From assembly GCA_964035545.1 (NCBI GenBank), contig OZ037767.1:17822059-17886058 (forward strand): 64,000 nt of DNA. Direction: 5' to 3'. Of the stretch, positions 9,956 to 20,280 are shown in pieces (positions within the stretch are counted from its first letter, which is position 1; each line of letters begins with the position of its first letter). A program made the translations under genes and the position numbers. The notes under the pieces are model-generated. The model had not been told where the DNA came from. It searched no databases and saw nothing but the letters and a program-made list of their open reading frames with translations. The stretch comes from Bugula neritina. Taxonomy: Eukaryota > Animalia > Bryozoa.

Positions 9956-11013
9956 ATGTCTTACTATTCTGGATCGAAGGGTGAGTTAATTATGTTTTTG
10001 GTACGATAACTAGACTGCATCAGTCAGCTTTAGCTACACTAGCTAGCGAGCTGGAGATTCGATAATGATAAACAGTGGTGGGAATACACGTCGACTTTGA
10101 TTTTAAATAATCTGTCATAGCGAGTGTGTTCTCCATCAACTATTCATTAGCCTGAATCTCACGAGTGTAACTGAACAGAGTACCGGTCAGGCTGTACACG
10201 CCGACGGTACCTCAGTGTATAATCTTTAACACTGCTACTCTTTCAGATCACACTCGAGTGACCACCTCCCGGTCACGGGACCAGCCAACCTCTCTGCCTA
10301 TGGAAGAAGAGCCTGTAATGGAGAATGGCATACCCGTGGTACTCCGTCGACGACACCGTTGGGTGTCACTCACGACGGAAAGGAGAATTGAAGAAGCCTG
10401 GGGACCCAGTGGACCACACCGAACCTGCCAGGTCTGCTTTGAGGAGTGCCCGTCACACCGCTCCCTGCGTTTACATGTAGACGCCCATTTCCTACTCCAC
10501 TTCTGTCCCTGCGGGTTCCACGACGTCTACCCGTATCCCGTGACAGTACATAAGCTGAGCTGCTTCGCCGGAGAGAACCACACTGTTGATGAAGACAGTT
10601 TCCCCCTATACCTGGATGCCATCAAGCCAGTCATCAGGAAGGCTATCACCCTGGCCGCACTAGCGTCAGGGTTCCACGTACTGCTGCTATCCGCCCGCCA
10701 TAAGTCTCCTATGGTTCAGGGCCCGCCTCCTACCCCCGTCAACCCTAGCAACACCCCAGAAGTAGAAGAAACAACAATACCCCCTCTAACAGAGACTACT
10801 ACAACCCCGCCAAGGCCTAGCCAGCTGGCTAATGTAGAAGAGCGGCTTGTAAGACTACAAGCCGAGTTCACACAACTTGCCCCTGACTTGCTGGATACGA
10901 CGACAGGTCTATACCAGTTGAAGGACTCAGTGGGGCGACTGAAGAGGCGGCTACGTGCCCGACAGGCTCGACACAGAGCACGATCGCTACAAGAGTCAGA
11001 GTCCACCCAATGA
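9956..11013 (+). CDS. Two-exon accessory gene of element 1 (9956-9980 + 10247-11013, 263 aa): C2H2-like/Cys-His zinc-binding region, Pro/Thr linker, C-terminal coiled coil with basic tip
   Basis: ccaaaATG at 9956, AAGG|gtgagt donor 9981, ctttaac branch-like motif, ctctttcag acceptor 10246; phases match (G|AT = Asp); CQVC-x12-HVDAH..CPCG..H...C. Confidence 0.75.
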
Positions 11014-11305
11014 GAATGCCTGGGGTAGGCACCTTCGTTGAGCTGTAACTCGTCTGGAAAGTGACGAGTGCTCCGACATTGGCCCGCGTGCTGGTAAGCA
11101 CCCTCTCTCTTTATAGCTGACTAGATGTGTGTGTTCGATCACCCTGTTGTCTTCTAATGTAAATGTGTCGTACTCAACTATTTCTTTTCTTATTCTTTGT
11201 GGGTTTACTTATGTATGTTTTTCTTTTTGGATTATTGTGTAGTTTTTCATTATGTGTTTTTTTATTGTGTTATCAGAAAGTAGGGCTTTCTGCTGGGGGG
11301 GGCGG

Positions 11306-11657
11306 TGTAGTGAGTAGTGCAAAGTACAAATACGGGAATCGCCCTCTCTCTACTCTTGGAATACTTAGACCCTTATGTAGCAACCAATTAGCAGCTCCGG
11401 AAGATATGCTTCCGATTCACGTGACACTTCCCGGGTTATTAACATTATCTCACGTTGTTGTAAGCGGAGGCTTGAAGTAGTAACATGTGTTAGTAGTTGA
11501 CTGATGTATAGGATAATTTGATGTGATGTTTGTTTTATGCTTTATGTGGATAATAAATATAATTACTCGACAGCTACCCTAGTAATTGCTAGCAGAATAA
11601 CCAGCTAAATATACGCAAGTAAATAACTCACGCTCAGTAATTGCACAAATTACTACA
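11306..11657 (+). repeat. 3' LTR (352 bp) of element 1, preceded by PPT ggggggggcgg (11295-11305)
   Basis: Direct repeat of 6387-6739. Confidence 0.95.
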
Positions 11658-13017
11658 ATATGATCTATGAATAGTTGTTTAATTACATTGTAATGAAATG
11701 TAAAAGATATCAGAATTTAAATAGCATTTTAATAGGCATAATTTTTAAGATGGCAAAATTGCTTACCACAGTTTCACTTGGTTTTGTTTTTAGAATTATT
11801 CTAAATGCTTTTTTTGCTAAATCAAAATTTTATCCAGCTTTGAAGTACCAGCATGACCCCAAAACTCTAAACCATAAATTTAATGTGCATGGATAAAGAA
11901 TGTATAGTAAATCTCCATCATTGTTTTTGTGTTATTAAAGTACTTTCTTACATGTCTCATTATTCAACTACGTAAATTAATTTATTACAAATTTTTGCTA
12001 TATGTTTACTAAACGAAATATGTTCATATAAAATAATTCTTAAAAATTGAGTGCAATTTGCATTTAAGATAGGCATGTTGTTCAAAAATATAGGATTAAA
12101 AGGTTTTAACCGATGTTTCTGGGGATTTATGAAATGCATAGACAAGGTTTTTTGTGAATTTATTATAAGTTTGTTTGCTACACACCATTGACTAATTTTA
12201 TTAACTCCGTGTTGTAATCCTATAATATCGGTGGAGGAAACACTGGTATCACCAGCAAACAATATAGTTTTAGGGTTGGAATATTTTCTGCTAAATCATT
12301 AATAAAAATTAAAAACAGCAACTGTCCAAGAATGGAGCTTTGAGGCACCCAATATTTACCTGTTGAGTATAAGTTGATAGAATATTATTGTTATTGGCAA
12401 ACTGTTTTCTATTTGAGAGATAATTCTTTACAATGGTGGTGGCTGAATTAGAAAAACTATAAAATTCTAATTTTTCAATCAAGATTAAGTGATCAACTGT
12501 ATCAAAGGCTTTCAAAAATAAAGAAACATTCAATGTGTTATCATTTTGCAATCTAGATTATGGTAAAGATTTTCAAGCAATCTATTTATTACACCAAAGA
12601 TGTTTTGGTTTGCACAAAAGCCATACTGATTTTCTACAAAAAAGTTACGATTCTCCATGTAAGTACGGATTTGCTTGGCCATGATTTTCTCTATTACTTT
12701 TGACAACACTGGCAAGATCGAAATAGGACGATATAGTTGTTAACATCAAATTTACTTCCCTTTTTGTGCAATGCTGTTACTCTTGCAATTTTGAGACAGT
12801 TGGAAAAATTGATAATTTGATATTGCTTTGTATATTAAATAAGTGATGATGGAGCAAGTGAAAGCAAGTTGTAGTCTTCCCTGTATCTAGATGACTAATG
12901 GTCTCAATAACATCTTCTTCTAATACTTCCACAAAGCACACATTTACATTTAGCAACTGTTTATGTGTCATAAAACTTGTTAAATGTGTGTTTGAAATGA
13001 AAAATTTGTCTGCCAAC

Positions 13018-16000
13018 TGTTATATTATTATGTGTCTTTTGTTTATCACTAATTACGGACTAGCGAGATGCTACGTTATAATGTCATGTGCATTTGTTTA
13101 TTAAAATACATATTGGGTCAAGGACGAACGAGAGACTACGAGATGAAAGATGTCAGCCTACAGTAGATAAACACGCCGATAGACTTTGTGATAAAATAAT
13201 TATAAATCAGTACTATACTTTTGGTCCTTGTATTTCCCCTGGCCGGCCAGACCCCACTTTAAGTTTATTGTTCTTTCGATACTTCAATGTCATGCCTACA
13301 TACTTCGAGTAACTCTCAGGTAATTATATACTCACTATACTTAATGTTTCATGGTGGCAGCTAGATCGTACTCGCACCCTACTTTGCCACTGGAGTGGTG
13401 ATTGTTTAGCTTTTAGTTGTTTGTTGTTGTGGACTGTGTTGGTCTGCCTTGGAGCTGTCATGGAAGGTTTGAAGGCCCCTGGAGAATTATCATTTGAAGG
13501 TAATGTGTCAGACAATTGGAGGAAGTGGAGAAGGGCCTTGGAAAATTATTTGCTTGCAAGTGATTTGGTTTTGAAGCCTCAAGAGAGTGGCCAAGAGCCT
13601 CCTCCTGAGAATGCGGGTATTAATAGACGTCAGGTTGCTATACTTCTGAACCAGGCTGGTGAGGAAGCTACTGAGATTTATGGTCAATTTGACTTTCCCG
13701 CAGGTAAAAGCAAGGATGTTATGGCTGATGTTTTGGAGCAGTTTGAAGCCTATTGCAATCCCCGGCGTAACGTGTTGTATGAATGGTTTGTTTTTTGGTC
13801 TCTCAGTCAGAGTGATGGAGAGCCCATTGACACCTTTGTGAAACGTCTAAAAACTCAAGCTACAAAATGTGATTTTGGCGAATTGCGAGACCGAATGCTT
13901 CTCTGCAGAATTGTGTTTGGACTCACTGATGGAAAGTTGAAGGAGCGGCTACTCCGTGACAAAAACGTTAAACTTGAGAGTGCCTTAGATGACATCCGTG
14001 CTGCTGAGATTACCAAACAGCAAATGTCAAGAATGGCTGCCGGTGATACTACTATGAAGACAGTCAATGAGATAAATGATGCTGCAGTCAGCACTGTGCA
14101 GAGTCAGCCTGGCGCTACGCAAAATAAAACCAGAAGTAACACACGTAAGGACAACATAGATTGCAAATTTTGTGGATATACACATGCCAAAGGTAGATGT
14201 CCTGCTTATGGCGAGACATGTCATAACTGCGGGAAGAAAAATCACTTTGAGAAAGTCTGCAAAGGCAAAGCTCTTGCAGCGAAACAAATGAATAGCTTGT
14301 TCATAGGTGCTGTTGGTGCTCTTTCTAATGAATCTAAATTGAAATCTTGGATTCTTCCGATGAAGGTCAGTGACAAAGGAAAGGCCAATGATATTCAGTT
14401 TAAGATTGATACTGGAGCTGAAACGAATTGCATCAACCTAAGAACCGTTCAGTCACTTGGTGCTACTCTAAAGCCCACTTCTGTATGCCTTTACGGCTAT
14501 AATAAGGCCAAGATCAAGAATGTGGGTGCAGTTCAACTCACCGTGAACCACAAGGAGCATAGCCAGAGTGTCCACTTCGAGGTGGTTGATGAGGACCTTC
14601 CTCCCATACTTGGCCTCGAGGCTGCTGAATCTTTTGGTCTGATCCGCAGAGTTAATCAGTTGTCAACCTCGATACTTCAGGAGTTCCCTGAGGTGTTTGA
14701 AGGAGTTGGCAGACTTGATGGAGAGCACGAGATATGTGTTGACGAGAATGTGAAGCCTGTGGTTCATCATCCAAGACGTGTCCCACTCAGTATGTTAGAC
14801 AAAGTGAAAAAGGAGCTGGATGATATGGAGGCATCTGGAATCATATCTAAGGTTGACGTACCAACCAACTGGGTGAGTAGTATGGTATGCGTTGAAAAGA
14901 AAGATGGGTCGGTTCGTATATGCCTAGACCCCAAGGACCTGAACAGAGCAGTGAGACGAGAACATCACAAGATACCCACATTAGAAGACATTGCCTTCAG
15001 ATTCAATGGTATGCAATACTACACCATCATGGACATGAAACATGGATACTGGCATGTAGCCTTGACCAAAGAGAGTAGACTGCTCACAACGTTCAACACC
15101 CCATATGGTCGCTACTGTTTTGATAGACTTCCATTTGGTCTTCACTCAAGTGCTGAAGTCTTTGAGAAGAAGGTGGAGCAAATATTTGGAGACTTGCCTG
15201 GTGTCTCAGTGTATTTTGATGACATCATTGTAGCTGGAAAGACACAACAGGAACATGATGCCAATCTGAGAAAGCTATTGGTAAAGGCCAAAGAGGCTAA
15301 TGTGAAGTTTAATCGCAAGAAGATTCAGTTGAATCAGACGGAGGTACGCTATTTAGGCCATATAGTATCGAAAGATGGTCTGCGTCCTGACCCAGACAAG
15401 ATAGCAGCTATTGAGGCTATGCCTGACCCAACAGACCGAGAGGGAGTACAAAGACTGATTGGTACTCTCAATTTTCTAAGAGCCTACATACCCAACATGT
15501 CAGCCTGTACTGAGCCCTTGAGAGTGCTACTGAAGAGTGATAGTCAGTGGGTGTGGTCCAAAGAACAAATGGAAAGCTTCCAGGTAATTAAACGCTTGCT
15601 TACATCCGAACCTGTCTTGCAGTATTTTGATGTTACCAAGGATGCGCATTTACAAGTTGACGCTTCAAAGTCGGGACTTGGTGCAGTGTTACTACAGGAA
15701 GGTAAACCTGTTGCATACGCTTCACGCAGCTTAACTGAGACTGAGTGCAACTATCCCCAAATAGATAAGGAGCTGCTAGCAGTTGTGTTCGGCTGTGAGC
15801 GCTTTCACAGCTACCTCTATGGACGTGCTGTTCACATACAGACGGATCATAAACCTCTCGTCCCGATAATGAACAAGTCGTTGCACAAGGCATCCCCAAG
15901 GCTGCAAAGACTACTTCTGCGACTACAAAGATACCGGATAGCTGAGTTCACATATGTTCCGGGCAAGTATTTATATATTGCTGACACACTATCCCGAGCC

Positions 16001-17861
16001 TACCTTCAGCGCGTTACAAATGATCAGTGTGATCTCGAAGGTGAAGTTGTGATGGTTCATGCCTTAGAAACCGATGATAGCACCATGAATGAGATGAGAC
16101 AGTCATATGCTGAAGACCCGACAATGGACAGTCTGAAAAAAGCACTGCAAGATGGTTGGTCATGGAGTAGACGGAGTCAGGCCCCCACAGAAATCCAACC
16201 CTACTGGAATGTTAGATCTGACATCTATGATGTGGATGGATTTCTTTACGTTGAAGAGCGGCTTATAGTTCCGAAGTCACAGAGGAAGCACATTCTAAAG
16301 TCGCTACACATGGGCCACCTGGGCGTTGAGAAATGCAGAGAGCTTGCGAGGAAATCATTCTATTGGCCTGGGCTATCTGCTGATATACGAAATGAAGTGT
16401 CAAGTTGCCTCACCTGCGCTAAGTTTTCCAACCGTCAACAGAAAGAGCCGTTAATGTCTCATGAGCTGCCAAGTCTACCATGGAATAAAGTGGCTATGGA
16501 TATACTGTCCTATAAGAATAATGATTACTTGGTAGTTGTGGACTGTTACTCTCACTTCCCCGAGCTGAGATTACTCAGGAGAAAGACTGCTGAAGACGTG
16601 GTTTTGGCATTGAAATCCATATTTGCTGTACACGGGGTGCCAGTGTCCATTCTGGCGGACAACATGCCTTTCAGCAGTAGAATCATGCAGACTTTTGCAT
16701 CAAGCTGGTGCTTCACCATTGTAACATCTAGTCCGCACTACCCTAAGTCCAATGGAATGGCTGAGCGTTATGTGCAAACGATGAAAGCCTTTCTAAAAAA
16801 ATGTGAGGATGAAAGAGAGGATATATACAGGTCACTACTCAGGTACAGGCAATCTCCTATCACTGGCTGTGCTTTCAGTCCAGCTGAGCTTCTGTTCAAC
16901 AGAGCCCTAAGAAGTGATTTGCCAATCACTGCCGAGTCGCTTAAACCAGTTGTTATTGAGGCTAGCCAACAACTAATAGCCAACCAAAACTTGCAGAAGA
17001 AGTACCATGACCGCCATGCACGGCCGTTGGCTGATCTGGAACCTGGGACTCCTGCACTAATCAGGTCAAGCACTGACAAAGAATGGTCGCCAGGAATGAT
17101 TGTCGAACAGCATGACTCCCCCAGATCCTACTTGGTTGACAACGGTCAGTCTATAGTGCGTAGGAATCGTGTTCACCTCAAACCAGATAACACACAGACC
17201 CTTGGTGTCGCTGATGCTGCTGATACTGATGTTGGAGATGCTCCTAATGAATCCCCCCACATGCCTGCCCCGCCTGCAACACCTCTCAGGAACGCGGCAC
17301 CACCACCAGAGCGTCAACCCAGAAGCAACCGTGGAGTCCTCCCCGCTAAATACAAGGACTTCCACATGGGATAAGCTATTAGCCGTTTCCCACCCTGTAC
17401 ATAGTTATTTAGTTTCATTGTTAATCCCCAATCCATATATTAATCATGTATACTCGTATCATATTATTAATCTCAGCAACCTTAATCACAATGTTATAGA
17501 AGGAAGTCACCTGCTTAAGAAGGGAGATGTTATATTATTATGTGTCTTTTGTTTATCACTAATTACGGACTAGCGAGATGCTACGTTATAATGTCATGTG
17601 CATTTGTTTATTAAAATACATATTGGGTCAAGGACGAACGAGAGACTACGAGATGAAAGATGTCAGCCTACAGTAGATAAACACGCCGATAGACTTTGTG
17701 ATAAAATAATTATAAATCAGTACTATACTTTTGGTCCTTGTATTTCCCCTGGCCGGCCAGACCCCACTTTAAGTTTATTGTTCTTTCGATACTTCAATGT
17801 CATGCCTACATACTTCGAGTAACTCTCAAGTAATTATATACTCACTATACTTAATGTTTCA
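13018..17861 (+). mobile_element. Full-length, apparently intact Ty3/Gypsy LTR retrotransposon (Mag-like)
   Basis: 334-bp LTRs 13018-13351 and 17528-17861 (one mismatch seen), 5-bp TSD CCAAC, PBS TGGTGGCAGC at 13352, PPT aagaagggaga, single gag-pol ORF. Confidence 0.97.
13460..17374 (+). CDS. gag-pol: Gag-Pol polyprotein (Gag, two Zn knuckles, PR, RT, RNase H, IN)
   Basis: First ATG 13460; CKFCGYTH..C..CHNCGKKNHF..C; IDTGA; YFDD; VDAS..KELLA..TDHKPL; HHCC + D,D,E; domain order PR-RT-RH-IN. Confidence 0.97.
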   Translation: MEGLKAPGELSFEGNVSDNWRKWRRALENYLLASDLVLKPQESGQEPPPENAGINRRQVAILLNQAGEEATEIYGQFDFPAGKSKDVMADVLEQFEAYCNPRRNVLYEWFVFWSLSQSDGEPIDTFVKRLKTQATKCDFGELRDRMLLCRIVFGLTDGKLKERLLRDKNVKLESALDDIRAAEITKQQMSRMAAGDTTMKTVNEINDAAVSTVQSQPGATQNKTRSNTRKDNIDCKFCGYTHAKGRCPAYGETCHNCGKKNHFEKVCKGKALAAKQMNSLFIGAVGALSNESKLKSWILPMKVSDKGKANDIQFKIDTGAETNCINLRTVQSLGATLKPTSVCLYGYNKAKIKNVGAVQLTVNHKEHSQSVHFEVVDEDLPPILGLEAAESFGLIRRVNQLSTSILQEFPEVFEGVGRLDGEHEICVDENVKPVVHHPRRVPLSMLDKVKKELDDMEASGIISKVDVPTNWVSSMVCVEKKDGSVRICLDPKDLNRAVRREHHKIPTLEDIAFRFNGMQYYTIMDMKHGYWHVALTKESRLLTTFNTPYGRYCFDRLPFGLHSSAEVFEKKVEQIFGDLPGVSVYFDDIIVAGKTQQEHDANLRKLLVKAKEANVKFNRKKIQLNQTEVRYLGHIVSKDGLRPDPDKIAAIEAMPDPTDREGVQRLIGTLNFLRAYIPNMSACTEPLRVLLKSDSQWVWSKEQMESFQVIKRLLTSEPVLQYFDVTKDAHLQVDASKSGLGAVLLQEGKPVAYASRSLTETECNYPQIDKELLAVVFGCERFHSYLYGRAVHIQTDHKPLVPIMNKSLHKASPRLQRLLLRLQRYRIAEFTYVPGKYLYIADTLSRAYLQRVTNDQCDLEGEVVMVHALETDDSTMNEMRQSYAEDPTMDSLKKALQDGWSWSRRSQAPTEIQPYWNVRSDIYDVDGFLYVEERLIVPKSQRKHILKSLHMGHLGVEKCRELARKSFYWPGLSADIRNEVSSCLTCAKFSNRQQKEPLMSHELPSLPWNKVAMDILSYKNNDYLVVVDCYSHFPELRLLRRKTAEDVVLALKSIFAVHGVPVSILADNMPFSSRIMQTFASSWCFTIVTSSPHYPKSNGMAERYVQTMKAFLKKCEDEREDIYRSLLRYRQSPITGCAFSPAELLFNRALRSDLPITAESLKPVVIEASQQLIANQNLQKKYHDRHARPLADLEPGTPALIRSSTDKEWSPGMIVEQHDSPRSYLVDNGQSIVRRNRVHLKPDNTQTLGVADAADTDVGDAPNESPHMPAPPATPLRNAAPPPERQPRSNRGVLPAKYKDFHMG

Positions 17862-20280
17862 CCAACTTTCTCTCAATTTTAATAAAGTGAGTATTCATGC
17901 ATTCTGCTATTTCAAATAGGCCTGTAGTTTGTCTATCAGCTAAATCAATTCTTTTGGGACCTGCCAAATTAGAAAACTCTTGTTTAACAACTTTGTTTAA
18001 ATATTTCCATTTGTCATTTACATTGTTCTTGCACTTTTCATATTCATTTTTATAAAACATAAATTCTAAATTTTTGTTTTTTTTATCCGTAATAACAAAG
18101 TATTTTGTGGGTTGTGCTTGTTTTGTTTGTGTAGCTTGCTTCGTTTAGATATTAATTTTAAAAGCTGGCTGTTCATCCAAGGCCTATGAAATCGTTTTGT
18201 TGATTCATCAGAAAGTTTGGCTACGCTATCAATGAAATAATGGAAGCTTTCATTCACATCACAACATCCATATATTTTATTCCAAACAGAGCTCTCCAGC
18301 TTTTTTTAACATTCATAATATATATCTTGGAGATATTCTGTTAGTTATAAATGCCAGTGTTAATTATATCACCTGAATGATTCTTTGGCATTATATTCAG
18401 TTGTAGCAGTTATAGCTGTTTATTTCTCTCAAGTATTGATGCTGACAAATGATGTATCTATAAAAACTTAAACATTATTATAATGATGTAAAGGCACCTG
18501 CCAGCATTAGCTAGCTTGGCTTTGTATGAAGAGTGGAAACTCTTTTTATGAATGCAATAACTTATACAACTACATCCTTATTTGTTTTGATTGCACATAT
18601 GCAACTCAGATAGTACTGGCTTCTTTCTGTCTGAGAATAGTGTTGACTGGTTCTACTATGATATAATTCTTTTAGGTGAATGGTTAGCTATTAGTTGGAG
18701 TTGTTTGATCTTTACTTGAGCTGAGTTAATTTCAGAGTTGTGGTGGGCTACATTTTACCCTATTTGAAGTGTGAAGTTAGCTGGTTATTTATTTTTAGCT
18801 TGTTTCATTGTCTATTCTTCCAGAGAGTCATTAGATGGCTTGCTGCTTTATCTTCTCAGTATCATTGGCCAGCGACTAGCTATCTGCCACAGCATCATCA
18901 TTCTTACAGCTTTGCCACCTTTCATTGGTTACATTTTATCCAAGATATAAAAATAATGGATGATTCAAAGCTCCAATTTTAGTACGGTTGAACTGGTTGA
19001 GAGGCTCATATGAAACAGAACATTTATCTATGCACTTTTTATACCTCAGCACACACAGCTTGGTATAAAAAGACATTTCAATAGTGGCCTTTAGAAAGTA
19101 GAGTAAGTCTACTTTTTCAAACAAATAGATTGAGTTGGTTTGTCTAATGACCAATTAACTGCTATGAATATATACATGGATTCATTATTTGCATAGAAAT
19201 GAACTGATAAATTCTAAGAATGATAACAGTGGTTTCAAATTAAGCTTTGTATGCAGCTGGCCTATTACATTTTACAGTGGAAGAATTATTATATGTATTG
19301 CGCATGCTTGACACATCGCACGTGATGAGTTACTGACACTGGGTGCAGACGCGTAGTGGCTATTCTGATGGCTTGAAGTGTAGCTAAAGCTGTTACAGAG
19401 TAAAGGACTGTGACTAGCCACAGAAAGGCTAATCGTGTCAAGTTATTTTTGTTTATTTGAAGGTAAATGATAATTTATTACAGCTGTGACAATTCTCTTT
19501 CATTATTTTAGAACTGTGGTAAACTATTCACAAGGTACCTATACTGAGACTGAGTGTACACTCTACAGTGAGAGTGAGGGTGACTACACTAACAGTAACA
19601 CAGTACACTGTATGAGTGTACAGTACTGGTACAGATTTTGAGTGAGTGATTGACTGAGATTTCGGTTTCCGTCACAATGACTAATGAGTATGTCAAACTC
19701 AATGTAAATATCAAATAATCAAACTAACAGAATAAAATTAATTTATTTAGCAAATAATTTAAATTATAATAGAGTATGAGTATAGATTAAGCCATAGTAA
19801 TTTGAAAATCAGTTATCACAATATAAGTTATTGAATATCAATATGTTCACTGCAGCCACTCCAAATTAGAAATTGAAGACTCAAAAATTAAATCCTCATT
19901 GAGTGTATTGCCATTATAATTTGTTCATTTCTTGCAAGTGTAATTCTGCTGTGGGAAAAGAGATGACTGCAATAACTATAAGTATAAGCATACTCAGAAC
20001 TATTGTTTATTTTTATAAGTCATTAAATTTAATACCTATGTGATTATATATAATGCACTTGTATAACTTATGGAATCTAAAATATGATAATGTACAAGTT
20101 TAGCTTGGTTAAATTTACAGTTGGCACCGCTCTGGTCAACATAGGGTTACGTTACATTGCCAACTTCAGCTGGTACTAATAGGTTCAATTAATTATTTTT
20201 TGTCCAAGTTATGTCATGCTTACTTTCATTGTGATTATTATTTTGAGTTTCAGAGGATATAATTTAGTTTTAGTTTATTT

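Larger units (their letters stand above)
6387..11657 (+). mobile_element. Non-autonomous Ty3/Gypsy-type LTR retrotransposon lacking RT, RNase H and integrase core, with an extra 3' gene
   Basis: LTRs 6387-6739 and 11306-11657 (TGTAGT..ACTACA; only a 1-bp indel seen), 4-bp TSD ATAT, PBS, G-rich PPT, gag and protease ORFs. Confidence 0.95.
6240..18400 (-). pseudogene. Degenerate CR1/L2-group LINE ORF2, in three pieces (~6240-6386, ~11662-13017, ~17867-18400) split by two LTR insertions
   Basis: Frameshifted fragments: PWMN..LLKLISKR (18066-18257), PVLSKVIEK..NQYGF (12530-12715), KAFDTVDH.IL..KL (12309-12551), FAGDT (decayed FADDT, 11960-12262), C-terminal tail (6135-6356). Outer boundaries approximate. 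Confidence 0.85.

Noticed and set aside
10258-11013. env gene
   Set aside because: No signal peptide, no convincing fusion or TM anchor; Cys/His and coiled-coil features instead.
6735-11101. Many antisense and alternative-frame ORFs in element 1
   Set aside because: Expected shadows of GC-rich coding sequence; no motifs.
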